Assembly (NCBI GenBank): GCA_963735785.1
Contig: CAVTMH010000002.1
Coordinates: forward strand, 107,132 to 171,131
Source of the DNA: an uncultured Chloroflexia bacterium
GTDB lineage: Bacteria > Chloroflexota > Limnocylindria > Limnocylindrales > CSP1-4
Reading direction: 5' to 3'
DNA length: 64,000 nt
The notes under the pieces were generated by a model. It was not told the DNA's origin. It saw nothing but the letters and a program-made list of their open reading frames with translations, and did no database searches. The first letter of the stretch is position 1. Every line of letters begins with the position of its first letter. Both the position numbers and the translations under genes were made by a program. Shown here piece by piece: positions 36,970 through 46,136 of this stretch.

Positions 36970-38232
36970 TCAGACCCGCATCGCGCGCAGGACCCGGCGC
37001 AGGGCCACGTCGAGCGCGTCCTCGGTAGTCTGCAGCTCGATGGCCTGGTAGGCGAGCCCGAGCGGGGTCACGTCCTGCTGGTCGACCAGCAGCGCGGTGG
37101 CATCGACGACCGTTTCGATCTGGTCTGGCGCCATCACGATGACCTCGGGCGGTCGGGCGAACGGCATGGGCTTCCAGAAGGACTCGGCGGCCAGAGCGGC
37201 CTCGATCTCGGGCAGCCGCGAGCCGCCACCGCACAGGTAGATCCGCGACGGAAGCAGGTCGCCGCCCGACAGCTCCTCCATGACGAGCTCGACGCCTGCC
37301 GCCCAGACGCGGACATCGTCCGCGACGATCCCGGCCACGTCGTCACGCGCGTCGACCGGCAGCCCGCGGGCGTAGTCGACCTTGAGCGCCTCGGCGCGCG
37401 GGAACGGCAGGTCGAGGCGGTCGGCGAGCGACTTCGTGAACGCGCGGCCGCCCAGCGCGAACATGCGAGTCCCCTCGATCCCGCCCTGGCGCACGAGCGC
37501 GACGTCGGTCGTTCCGCCGCCAACGTCGACGAACAGTGCCCCGGCCTGGCGGACCTGCTCGGTGCCGAGCACGCGCGCGACCGCATACGGCTCCGCCACG
37601 ATCTCGAGCAGTTCCAGGTCCAGCTGTGAGGCGACGCTCTGGAGCGCGCCGAGGTGGACGAGCGGCGCGAACGCGTTGAAGATCCCGATCTTGACGTGGC
37701 GACCCTGGAAGCCGACCGGATTGGTGAGCGCATAGCCGTCGATGGCGGCACCCGTGACCGCGGCATGCACGAGCCGCACGTCCACGTGCGGCAGCCCGGT
37801 CTCCCACGTGATGGCCCGCTCCGCCTCGCGGAGCGCCTCGCGCTGGACCGAATCGATGAGCTTCTGGAGCTCGTTCTCGGTGATCGGCTGATCGGGCTTC
37901 TTGCGCTCCTGGCTGTGGGTCGTGGTGAAGCCCTTGACGAGCTCGCCGGCGATGCCGATCACGACCTGGGTCGGCCGGAAGCCGGCCATCTCCTCTGCTT
38001 CCTGGAGGGCGACGGCGCAGTTGTCGACGACAGCCGCGATGTCCGCGACCGTGCCCGACTGCATATGGGCGAGGCCCTGGCGCTTGCGGCCGACGCCGCG
38101 CACCGTCCCGAGACCGGCGTCGTCGATCTCGAAGACGAGGGCCTTGGCGAACTCGGTGCCGATGTCGAGCGCCGTGCAGATGGCGAGGCTCTCGGCCTCG
38201 TCACGTTGCCAGATGCGACGCCAGAAGGCCAT
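36970..38232 (-). CDS. FtsA/PilM-like actin-fold ATPase (420 aa), located outside any dcw cluster
   Basis: N-terminal phosphate-1 motif (LDIGTEFAKALVFE). Region TVADIAAVVDNCAVALQEAEEMAGFRPTQVVIGIAG aligns with FtsA. Second-lobe motif FVDVGGGTTDVALV. The start shares one nucleotide with the alaS stop. Confidence 0.7.
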   Translation of the reverse strand: MAFWRRIWQRDEAESLAICTALDIGTEFAKALVFEIDDAGLGTVRGVGRKRQGLAHMQSGTVADIAAVVDNCAVALQEAEEMAGFRPTQVVIGIAGELVKGFTTTHSQERKKPDQPITENELQKLIDSVQREALREAERAITWETGLPHVDVRLVHAAVTGAAIDGYALTNPVGFQGRHVKIGIFNAFAPLVHLGALQSVASQLDLELLEIVAEPYAVARVLGTEQVRQAGALFVDVGGGTTDVALVRQGGIEGTRMFALGGRAFTKSLADRLDLPFPRAEALKVDYARGLPVDARDDVAGIVADDVRVWAAGVELVMEELSGGDLLPSRIYLCGGGSRLPEIEAALAAESFWKPMPFARPPEVIVMAPDQIETVVDATALLVDQQDVTPLGLAYQAIELQTTEDALDVALRRVLRAMRV

Positions 38233-41006
38233 CAGCCCTCCGCGTCGATGCGGCCGAGGAGCGCGTCCCGGAGGGCGTTCCGCGCGTCCGTGAGGCCGCC
38301 GCGATCGGTGCCCATGCCCTGTGCCATCTGCGGTCGACCACCGCCCTTCGCCCCGATCGGCCCAGCGGCGGCCCTGACGAGGTCGCCGGCCCCGATCCCG
38401 CGCTCGACCAGGTCATCGGACACCGTTACGAAGACCTGCGGCGCCTCGGCGTCGAGGAACAGCGCGATGACCCCCGACGGCAGCGCGTGGCGGATCGCCT
38501 TCGCGGCGGCCTTGAGCGCGTCCATGGACTCGTACGGGATCGCGGCCGCGACGAGCCGCACGCCCGGGGCCACCTCCTCCGCCTTCGCCGCCAACTCGGT
38601 CGGCTGCGGCACCCCGGTCGCAGCCCCCGCCCTGAGTCGGCGCTTCGTGTCGCGCAACTCCTCCTGCAACGCGGCGATGCGATCTTCGACAGCCTCGATG
38701 GTCTGGGCCCCGACCGCCCCGGCGACACGGTCCAGGACTTCGCCGCGTTCACGTGCCAGCCGGTCCGCCCCGACGCCGGTGAGGGCTTCGATCCGGCGCT
38801 GGCCCGAGCCGATGCTGCGCTCGCCGGTGATGACGAAGCCGCCGACCTGGCCCGTGGCCCGGCAATGCGTCCCCCCGCACAGCTCGAAGCTGTAGTCCTC
38901 GACCCGGATGGTGCGCACGGTCTCGCCGTACTTCTCGTCGAAGAAGGCGTCCGCCCCCTGCTCGATCGCATCGGCCATCGGCATGAACGCGACCGTGACC
39001 TGGCGGTCGTCGCGGACGATGCGTCGGACCTCGTCCTCGATCGCGCGCGTCTCGTCGTCGGTCAGGGCGCGATCGAACGGGTAGTCGAAGCGGAGCGAGT
39101 CGGGCGTCACGAGCGACCCCGCCTGGCGGGCACGATCGCCGACCACGTTGCGGAGCGCCCGGTGCAGCAGGTGGGTCCCGGTGTGATTGCGCATCGTGTG
39201 CGCACGCCGCTCGGCGTCCACCACGGCCTGGACCGTCTCCCCGACGCGCACGCGACCGTGCAACGTGCCGCGCTGGACGATCAGCCCTCCGACCGGCCGC
39301 TGCGTGTCGGTCACGGTGAACAGCTCGCTGCCGCCGCCCGGTTCTCGGATCGTGCCCTGGTCCCCGACCTGGCCGCCGCCCTCCGCGTAGAACGGCGTGC
39401 GATCGAGCACGACCTCCGCCTCGCCATGGCCGGTGAGCTCGTCGAACTCCAGGCCGTCGCGCACGATGGCCACGACCCGCCCCTCGGCGGTCGTCGCCTC
39501 GTAGCCCAGGAACTCGGTGTCGCCGTGGCGCCCCTGGATCGCGCTGTACAGCGACGTCAGTTCGGCGTGACGGCTGAGCTCGGCCTTCTTGCCAGAGCGG
39601 CTGCGCTCTCGCTGTTCCGCGAGGGCATCGTGGAACCCGGCGAGATCGACGGCGCAACCGTATTCGGCGGCGAGCTCCACGGTCAGATCGACCGGAAACC
39701 CGTAGGTATCGTGGAGCCGGAACGCGACATCGCCATCGAGGACCGGCGCAGCCGCGGGCAGGTCCTCCGGCCGGCGGCCGATGACCCGGTCGGGTAAGGT
39801 CCCGCCCGCGGTCTCGCGGATCGCCTCGTCGAGGAGCCGGGACCCAGCGTCGAGGGTCCGCGCGAACTGGGCCTCCTCGCGCGCGATGGTCGAGAGGATC
39901 ACGTCGCGTTTCTCGGCCAGGTGCGGATGTGCCTCGGCCATCGTGTCGATGACGACGATCGCCGCCTCCGCCATGAACGGATCGCGCCGGCCGAGGAGCC
40001 GACCGTGACGCACGGCTCGGCGCAGGATCCGACGCAGGACGTAGCCCCTCCCTTCATTGCCAGGAAGGACGTCATCGGCGATGAGGAACGTGACGGCACG
40101 TGCGTGGTCTGCGATGACCTGGTAGCTGAAACGCTCCCCCTCGAACGTGTCCGGGTCGTGCCCGAGCAGCTCCTGCATCCGGGCGTGGATCGGCGTGAAC
40201 AGGTCGGTGTCGTAGTTGGTGGGGACCTGCTGGATGACGCTCGCAAGACGCTCGAGGCCCATGCCGGTGTCGACGCCAGGGGCGGGCAGCGGCTTCAGCG
40301 AGCCGTCCGGCTGGAGGTCGAACTCCATGAAGACCAGGTTCCAGATCTCGAGCCAGCGCGGGCACTGCTCGCTGTGGTCCGGGACGCAGTGGGGGCCCTC
40401 CGACAGGTGGGCACCGCGATCGAAGTGGATCTCGCTGCACGGCCCACACGGCCCGACGTCGGCCATGCGCCACCAGTTCTTCTCGTCACCCTTGGGGAAG
40501 TCGCCCCAGCGGGCGAGCCGGTCCGGCGGGAGGCCGATCTCGTCGCGCCAAACCTCGAAGGCGAGGTCGTCGGTGGTGTACGTCGTGGCGGCGAGCCGCT
40601 CGCCCGGTATGCCAAGGTCGCGCGTGAGGAAATCCCAGGCCCAGTGGATCGCCTCACGCTTGAAGTAGTCCCCGAAGGACCAATTGCCGAGCATCTCGAA
40701 GAATGTGTGGTGTCGGGGCGTCCGGCCGACCTCCTCGAAGTCGTTGTGCTTGCCTGCCACGCGGAGGACGCGCTGGTAATCGACTGCTCGCGTGTAGCTG
40801 CGCTTCTCAGTGCCGGTCAGGACGTCCTTGAACTGGACCATCCCCGAGTTCGTGAACAGCAGCGTCTGGTCACCAGCAGGGACGAGGCTGGCGCCGGGAA
40901 CGACCGTATGGTCACGCTCGGCGAAGAACTCGAGGAACCGCCGTCGGATCTCCGCGGACGGCAACGAACGGATCCGGGGATCCCGGGTGACGGATGGGGT
41001 CGACAT
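38232..41006 (-). CDS. alaS: Alanine--tRNA ligase
   Basis: Class II aaRS motifs, editing-domain HxxxH/CxxxH and C-terminal DHHA1. ATG 41006 (MSTPSVTRDPRIRSLPSAEIRRRFLEFF..) was chosen over the upstream Arg-rich track start. Confidence 0.9.
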   Translation of the reverse strand: MSTPSVTRDPRIRSLPSAEIRRRFLEFFAERDHTVVPGASLVPAGDQTLLFTNSGMVQFKDVLTGTEKRSYTRAVDYQRVLRVAGKHNDFEEVGRTPRHHTFFEMLGNWSFGDYFKREAIHWAWDFLTRDLGIPGERLAATTYTTDDLAFEVWRDEIGLPPDRLARWGDFPKGDEKNWWRMADVGPCGPCSEIHFDRGAHLSEGPHCVPDHSEQCPRWLEIWNLVFMEFDLQPDGSLKPLPAPGVDTGMGLERLASVIQQVPTNYDTDLFTPIHARMQELLGHDPDTFEGERFSYQVIADHARAVTFLIADDVLPGNEGRGYVLRRILRRAVRHGRLLGRRDPFMAEAAIVVIDTMAEAHPHLAEKRDVILSTIAREEAQFARTLDAGSRLLDEAIRETAGGTLPDRVIGRRPEDLPAAAPVLDGDVAFRLHDTYGFPVDLTVELAAEYGCAVDLAGFHDALAEQRERSRSGKKAELSRHAELTSLYSAIQGRHGDTEFLGYEATTAEGRVVAIVRDGLEFDELTGHGEAEVVLDRTPFYAEGGGQVGDQGTIREPGGGSELFTVTDTQRPVGGLIVQRGTLHGRVRVGETVQAVVDAERRAHTMRNHTGTHLLHRALRNVVGDRARQAGSLVTPDSLRFDYPFDRALTDDETRAIEDEVRRIVRDDRQVTVAFMPMADAIEQGADAFFDEKYGETVRTIRVEDYSFELCGGTHCRATGQVGGFVITGERSIGSGQRRIEALTGVGADRLARERGEVLDRVAGAVGAQTIEAVEDRIAALQEELRDTKRRLRAGAATGVPQPTELAAKAEEVAPGVRLVAAAIPYESMDALKAAAKAIRHALPSGVIALFLDAEAPQVFVTVSDDLVERGIGAGDLVRAAAGPIGAKGGGRPQMAQGMGTDRGGLTDARNALRDALLGRIDAEG

Positions 41007-41572
41007 CGGCCGCAATGGTACCGAACCGAGCCGGGCGGGCTCTGTCATGCATCCGTGATCCGGGCAACACCGGCGACGGTGCGGCGGCCGAAGGGGCCCC
41101 GCTCGAGCTCGCATGGCTGGTCTCGCAGGTCGACGGGGCCAGCTGTCTGCCCCTCGAGGGCGCGATCGTCGATGTCTGGCATTGCGACGCCCTCGGCGTC
41201 TATTCCGGTGTGCAGGGCAGCCCGGGGACCGACTTCCTGCGCGGATTCCAGCGCACCGACGCGAACGGGGCGGCCTCGTTCACGACCATCTACCCGGGCT
41301 GGTACACGGGCCGCGCCGTGCACATCCATTTCAAGATCCGCACGGACCCCGACGCCGAAGCCGGGTTCGAGTTCACCTCGCAGCTGTTCTTCGACGACGC
41401 GCTCAGTCAGCAGGTCTACACGTCGGGCGTCTACGCGTCGAAGGGCCCGCAGGACCAGACGAACCAGAGCGATGGCATCTTCAACCAGAGCGGCGGGGCA
41501 ACGCTCCTGGACGTGACCAAGGTCGGCGACAGCTATAAGACGACATTCGAGATCGCGGTCCAGCTCGCCTGA
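40994..41572 (+). CDS. Intradiol ring-cleavage dioxygenase-like core, apparently N-terminally truncated (possible gene remnant)
   Basis: PLELAWLVSQVDGASCLPLEGAIVDVWHCDALGVYSG...TDANGAASFTTIYPGWYTGRAVHIHFKI matches the intradiol dioxygenase beta-sandwich. The expected ~80-aa N-terminal region and signal are missing. The only in-frame ATGs (40994, 41015) overlap or abut the alaS start on the other strand. Confidence 0.4.
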   Translation: MGSTSAAMVPNRAGRALSCIRDPGNTGDGAAAEGAPLELAWLVSQVDGASCLPLEGAIVDVWHCDALGVYSGVQGSPGTDFLRGFQRTDANGAASFTTIYPGWYTGRAVHIHFKIRTDPDAEAGFEFTSQLFFDDALSQQVYTSGVYASKGPQDQTNQSDGIFNQSGGATLLDVTKVGDSYKTTFEIAVQLA

Positions 41573-41604
41573 CCCGCGCGGGGCGATCGGGGCGCGAGCT
41601 AGCG

Positions 41605-41625
41605 CTGCGCGCCGCCGCGGCGCAG
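41605..41625. terminator. GC-rich imperfect hairpin between convergent genes
   Basis: ctgcgc-gccgccgcg-gcgcag is a 6-bp stem. It sits between the dioxygenase-like stop (41572) and the GlsB stop (41724). Confidence 0.2.
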
Positions 41626-41723
41626 GCCGCGCCAGATGCGGGACCCGGCGATCACGGCGCCGATGATCGCGCCGATGGTCAGGCCACGCAGGAACGTGCT
41701 GCTCGTCCGCTCGTCCCGCCGGT

Positions 41724-42005
41724 TCACGCGCGACGTCCCGCGGTGGGGCCCAGGACCGCCACGATCGAGACGAGCCCGATGCCGACCCACGCGACGACCG
41801 ACGCGCCGAGCAGGTGGTAATCGCCGATCGTCAGGACATCGAACCCGAGACGGCCGGAGATGGCGTCACCGGCCCATGCGCCGAGGATGGCGGCCGCCAC
41901 GAGCAGCGGCAGGCGACCGCCGGCGCTCCCGCGGATCGCCACCGACAGCGCGGCGTGGAAGATGCCGAGCAGGACGGACATGACCAGCGACGGCTCCAGG
42001 CTCAC
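41724..42005 (-). CDS. GlsB/YeaQ/YmgE family small membrane protein (transglycosylase-associated protein)
   Basis: 93 aa with three predicted TM helices and a Gly-rich pattern typical of the family. GTG 42005 overlaps the mnmA TGA (GTGA). Confidence 0.5.
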   Translation of the reverse strand: MSLEPSLVMSVLLGIFHAALSVAIRGSAGGRLPLLVAAAILGAWAGDAISGRLGFDVLTIGDYHLLGASVVAWVGIGLVSIVAVLGPTAGRRA

Positions 42006-43138
42006 GCCGGAGCGAGCAACCCGGTGCGCTCAGGCGTGGCCGTGGCCGGCGGCGAGATCCGTTCCGGAGCCTCGATCCGACCGCCGCCGAGGACTTCGTC
42101 GCCCTCGTACAGGACCGCCGCCTGGCCCGGTGCGGCCGCCCATACCGGCGTGTCCGTCTCGATGGACCAGCGCCGGTCACCGAGCGGCCGGACGGTCGCG
42201 GGCACGAGCGCCGCGCGGTGCCGGATCCGGATGGCGGCACGGAACGGGGACGTGGGAACGGCCGGGGCCATGAACGAGGCCCGCTCCAGGGTGAATGCCC
42301 GGGTCTCGAGGTCCTCGCGTCGCCCGAGCTGGATGGTGTTCGAGCGCGGATCGATGCGCGACACGTAGCGCGGCTCCCCCAGGGCGACGCCCACTCCCTT
42401 GCGCTGACCGACCGTGTAACCGGCGGACCCACCGTGCTCCCCGACCCGGGAACCGTCCGCATCGAGCAGCGGTCCGGGCTTCGGCTGCCAGCCGGCCCGC
42501 TCACGCAGGGCGGCGCGGTAATCCCCACCCGGGACGAAGCAGATCTCCTGGCTCTCGGGCTTGTCGGCCGTCGCGAGCCCGTGAGCCCGCGCGACCGCGC
42601 GCACCTCGGGCTTCGTCAGCTCGCCGAGCGGGAAGCGCGCGTGCTCGAGCTGGTCGGCGCGCAGGCCATACAGGAAGTAGGTCTGGTCCTTGTCCTCATC
42701 TCGAGCCCGGAGCAGTCGGGGTCGGCCGTCATCGTCCACGACCCGGCGGGCGTAGTGACCCGTCGCGACCGCGTCGCAGTCGTACAGGTGGCGGGCCCGT
42801 CCGAGCAGCGCGCCGAACTTCACGTACGTGTTGCAGTCGACACACGGGCTCGGGGTGCGTCCGTCCAGGTAGGCGTCCAGGAACGGCGCGAGCACGCCCG
42901 CGTCGAATTCGCGTTCGAGGTTCATGACGTAGAACGGGATGTCGAGCTGCGCGGCCACGCGGCGGGCATCGTCTGCGGCGTCGAGCGAGCAACAGCTCTT
43001 CTTGAACTCGGAGTACGTGTCGGCCACGTCGTGCAGGCGCATCCAGACGCCCACGATCTCGTGGCCCTGCGCGTGGAGCAACGCCGCGGCGACGGACGAG
43101 TCGACCCCGCCCGACATCGCCACGAGGATCCGGCTCAT
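42002..43138 (-). CDS. mnmA: tRNA-specific 2-thiouridylase MnmA
   Basis: PP-loop SGGVDSS, catalytic Cys residues and typical length. ATG 43138 overlaps the iscS stop (ATGA). The track start at 43351 was rejected. Confidence 0.9.
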   Translation of the reverse strand: MSRILVAMSGGVDSSVAAALLHAQGHEIVGVWMRLHDVADTYSEFKKSCCSLDAADDARRVAAQLDIPFYVMNLEREFDAGVLAPFLDAYLDGRTPSPCVDCNTYVKFGALLGRARHLYDCDAVATGHYARRVVDDDGRPRLLRARDEDKDQTYFLYGLRADQLEHARFPLGELTKPEVRAVARAHGLATADKPESQEICFVPGGDYRAALRERAGWQPKPGPLLDADGSRVGEHGGSAGYTVGQRKGVGVALGEPRYVSRIDPRSNTIQLGRREDLETRAFTLERASFMAPAVPTSPFRAAIRIRHRAALVPATVRPLGDRRWSIETDTPVWAAAPGQAAVLYEGDEVLGGGRIEAPERISPPATATPERTGLLAPA

Positions 43139-44319
43139 ACGCCGATCGCCTGGCCGAGCGGGTCGTTCGCGACCGTCGCCGATCCCATGCGCATCGACCC
43201 GATCACGCGCGGGACGACCTCCGACGCCGTGGCGATCTCGTCGTCGGTCGTCGTCCGTCCGAGCGACAGGCGCAGCGCCCCGCGCGCCTCCTCGTCCGGA
43301 TAGCCCATCGCGGTCAGCACGTGGCTCACCTCGGTCGAACCCGTGGTACAAGCCGACCCGACCGAGCAGGCGATGCCCTCGAGATCGAGCGACATCGAGA
43401 CCGATGCCCCGTCCGTGTCGCGCGCGATGATCGAGAGGAGGCCGGGCAGCCGCTGCTTGGGGTGACCCGTCGTCTCCGTCCCGGGCGTCGCCAGGATCGC
43501 CTTGGCCAGCCGGTCACGCTGGCGGCGGAGCCGGGCAACGGTCTCGGCGCGTTCCGTGCAGCACAGGTCGTACGCCGCGGCCAGGCCGACGGCGCCGGCC
43601 ACGTTCTCCGTGCCCGCACGGCGGTGACGCTCCTGGGTGCCTCCCTGCTGCTGCGCGAGGATGTGGGTGCCGTGGCGGACGAACAGGACGCCGACACCCT
43701 TGGGTCCCTCGAACTTGTGCGCGCCGAGCGAGACGAGGTCGGCCTCGAGACCGGCGAGGTCCAGGTCGACGTAGGGGGCCGCCTGGACGGCATCGACGTG
43801 CAGCAGGACGCCCTTGCGCGAACGGACGACCTTCGCGATCTCGGCGATCGGCTGGATCGTGCCGACCTCGTTGTTGGCGAGCATGACCGAGACCAGGATC
43901 GTGCGATCCGTCAGCGCCGTCTCCAGGTCGTCCGGATCGACCCGCCCGTAGCGGTCGACCGGCAGCTCGACGATCTCGAACCCGAACTTCTCGAGGTGAC
44001 GCAGCGTATGGCCGACCGCGTGATGCTCGACGGCGGAGGTCACGATCCGGTGGCCGTGCGCCTTGCCGGCCCAGGCCGCGCCCTTGAGCGCCAGATTGTT
44101 GGCCTCGGTGCCGCCCGAGGTGAAGACGATCTCACGTGGTTCCGCCCGGAGGCGCGCCGCGACCCGCTCGTGGGCCTCGTCCAGCGCCGCTCGCGCCGTC
44201 CGGCCGAAGGCATGCGCCGACGACGGATTGCCGAAGGCCTCCGTCAAATACGGGAGCATCGCGTCGAGGACCTCGCGGCGAAGCGGGGTCGTGGCCGCAT
44301 GATCGAGGTAGATCGCCAT
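43135..44319 (-). CDS. iscS: Cysteine desulfurase (IscS/NifS family, class V aminotransferase)
   Basis: PLP-lysine region ([18 protein letters not shown]) and active-site Cys loop ([17 protein letters not shown]). Confidence 0.9.
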   Translation of the reverse strand: MAIYLDHAATTPLRREVLDAMLPYLTEAFGNPSSAHAFGRTARAALDEAHERVAARLRAEPREIVFTSGGTEANNLALKGAAWAGKAHGHRIVTSAVEHHAVGHTLRHLEKFGFEIVELPVDRYGRVDPDDLETALTDRTILVSVMLANNEVGTIQPIAEIAKVVRSRKGVLLHVDAVQAAPYVDLDLAGLEADLVSLGAHKFEGPKGVGVLFVRHGTHILAQQQGGTQERHRRAGTENVAGAVGLAAAYDLCCTERAETVARLRRQRDRLAKAILATPGTETTGHPKQRLPGLLSIIARDTDGASVSMSLDLEGIACSVGSACTTGSTEVSHVLTAMGYPDEEARGALRLSLGRTTTDDEIATASEVVPRVIGSMRMGSATVANDPLGQAIGV

Positions 44320-44378
44320 CTGGCGGATTGTACGTCCGGGCGTCCGGGCGTCCGGCCCGGAACGCCCCGACCGGCGCG

Positions 44379-46121
44379 TCAGTCGAGGGCGCGCCGCAGG
44401 AATGCCGCCATCTGGCCGCGGGTGACGCTGGCCGTCGGGCAGTACTTGCGCGTGCCGCAGCCGCCGGTCTGCCCGGCGTGGGCCAGCGCGTTGATCGAGC
44501 TCTCGCCGCTCCGGCCATCGTCGTCATCGAAGTAGTCGGTGCCGGCGGGGGCCAACGGGAGGTTCTGTTCCTTCACGAGGAAGATCGCCATCTCCTCGCG
44601 GCTCACGGAGCGCTTGGGGCAGTACAGCGTGGGGCTGCCGCAGCCGCTCGTGATGTTGGCCTCACGCAAGGCGTTGATGGCGCTCTCGCCCGACAGGCCC
44701 TCATCGTCCGTGAAGTAGTCCGTGCTGGTCGATGGATGGTTGAAGCCCCGGACGAGGAAGATCGCCATCTGCTCTCGCGTCACCGGGGACGATGGGCAGT
44801 ACCGGCCGTTGCCGCAACCGACCGTGATGCCCTCGTAGTAGATCCAATGGATCGCATCGAGGAAGCTCGAGCTGGCGATGTCCGTGAATTCCGGGGCGAT
44901 GACCCGATAGAGGGCGCCGCTGAGATCGGTCACGAACAGCTCGCCCGACTCGCTTTCCCCGAACGAGCTGATCATCAGGCCCGTGTCGCGGCGAAGCGTT
45001 TCGCCCGAGCCGTTGGCGTTCATCGTCCACAGCCGGCCGCTGCAGAAGTCGCCGTACACGTACAGCCCGCGCAGGTCCCGGTGCGAGCCGCGGTAGACGT
45101 AGCCGCCGGTGATCGAGCAGCCCAGGTTGTGCGAGTACTGCGCGACGGGGAGCGTGTCCCCGGCCAGGCTGCAGCCGCTCGACGGCTCGAAGCAGAGCGA
45201 GCCCTCCATGACGTCCCAGCCATAGTTGTTGCCGCCCGGATCGGCGGCGTCCTCGAGGTTGACCTCCTCGCGTCGCCCCTGGCCGACGTCGGCGATGTAC
45301 AGGTCGCCGGTCGCCCGGTCGAACGTGATGCGCCACGGGTTGCGGAGACCGTAGTCCCAGATCTCGTCGCGGCCCGCCGTCGCCCCCGCGAACGGGTTGT
45401 CGGCCGGGATGCTGTAGTGGTTGTGCGGCCCGGCGCCGGTGCCGTCAGGGTTGATGCGGAGGATCTTGCCGAGCAACGTGGACTTGTCCTGGCCGTTCTC
45501 GTCCGGGTCACCCGCGCCGCCACCGTCGCCCGTCGCGATATAGAGATGGTTGTCCGACCCGAACGCCAGGGCGCCACCGTTGTGGTTCGATCGGGGGTGG
45601 TCGATGGTGAGGAGGACGTACTCGGTCGTGAGGCTCGCATGCGTTCGGGCGGTGTTGGCCGTGAGCCGGGAGATCCGGAGGTCGCCGCCCGGGCGGGTGT
45701 AATAGACGTAGAGGTATCCGTTCGTCTCGAATTCCGGATGGAACGCAAGCCCGAGGAGGCCCCGCTCGCCGCCGGCCGCGATGCGCGAGCTGATATCGAG
45801 GAACGGCGAGGACTGGAGCCTCCCGCTCTTGACCACGCGCACCCGCCCACCACGCTGGACGACGAACAGGCGGTCGGACCCATCACCCGCGTGGGTGACC
45901 CCGAGCGGGCTGCTCAACCCGCCGGTGACGCGTACGACCGTCAGCTGCCCGGATCGCAGGGCGGCGGTTTCGATCGCCTCGGCGGCGGGCTTGAGGGGCG
46001 CCGCCGGTGGCGGCGGGTCGCCCGCGGCGACCGGGGCCGCGGCCGGCAGGACGGCCAACAACCCCAGCATGACCGCGACCATGGTCGCGAACGCGGATCG
46101 ACGGCGTGGACGTGAAGACAT
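44379..46121 (-). CDS. PQQ-dependent sugar (glucose/sorbosone) dehydrogenase with signal peptide and three C-terminal SLH domains
   Basis: GSDH beta-propeller motifs (RLFVVQRGGRVRVV.., GLLGLAFHPEF.., HNGGALAFGSDNHLYIATGDGG). Followed by three tandem SLH repeats (..CGNGRYCPSSPVTREQMAIFLVRGF, ..CPKRSVSREEMAIFLVKE, ..CPTASVTRGQMAAFLRRAL). Confidence 0.8.
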   Translation of the reverse strand: MSSRPRRRSAFATMVAVMLGLLAVLPAAAPVAAGDPPPPAAPLKPAAEAIETAALRSGQLTVVRVTGGLSSPLGVTHAGDGSDRLFVVQRGGRVRVVKSGRLQSSPFLDISSRIAAGGERGLLGLAFHPEFETNGYLYVYYTRPGGDLRISRLTANTARTHASLTTEYVLLTIDHPRSNHNGGALAFGSDNHLYIATGDGGGAGDPDENGQDKSTLLGKILRINPDGTGAGPHNHYSIPADNPFAGATAGRDEIWDYGLRNPWRITFDRATGDLYIADVGQGRREEVNLEDAADPGGNNYGWDVMEGSLCFEPSSGCSLAGDTLPVAQYSHNLGCSITGGYVYRGSHRDLRGLYVYGDFCSGRLWTMNANGSGETLRRDTGLMISSFGESESGELFVTDLSGALYRVIAPEFTDIASSSFLDAIHWIYYEGITVGCGNGRYCPSSPVTREQMAIFLVRGFNHPSTSTDYFTDDEGLSGESAINALREANITSGCGSPTLYCPKRSVSREEMAIFLVKEQNLPLAPAGTDYFDDDDGRSGESSINALAHAGQTGGCGTRKYCPTASVTRGQMAAFLRRALD

Positions 46122-46136
46122 GGCTGTCCCTCCGGG

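Noticed and set aside
41599-41790. 63-aa minus-strand ORF with a TM-like segment downstream of the GlsB-family gene
   Set aside because: Different frame from the GlsB gene, which already has all three family helices. Begins inside that gene's 3' end, Arg-rich, and overlaps the terminator hairpin region; probably spurious.
44334-44357. Three tandem 8-mers (gtccgggc gtccgggc gtccggcc) in the iscS leader
   Set aside because: Too short and few for a functional tandem array. Likely slippage-prone GC-rich leader sequence; noted only.
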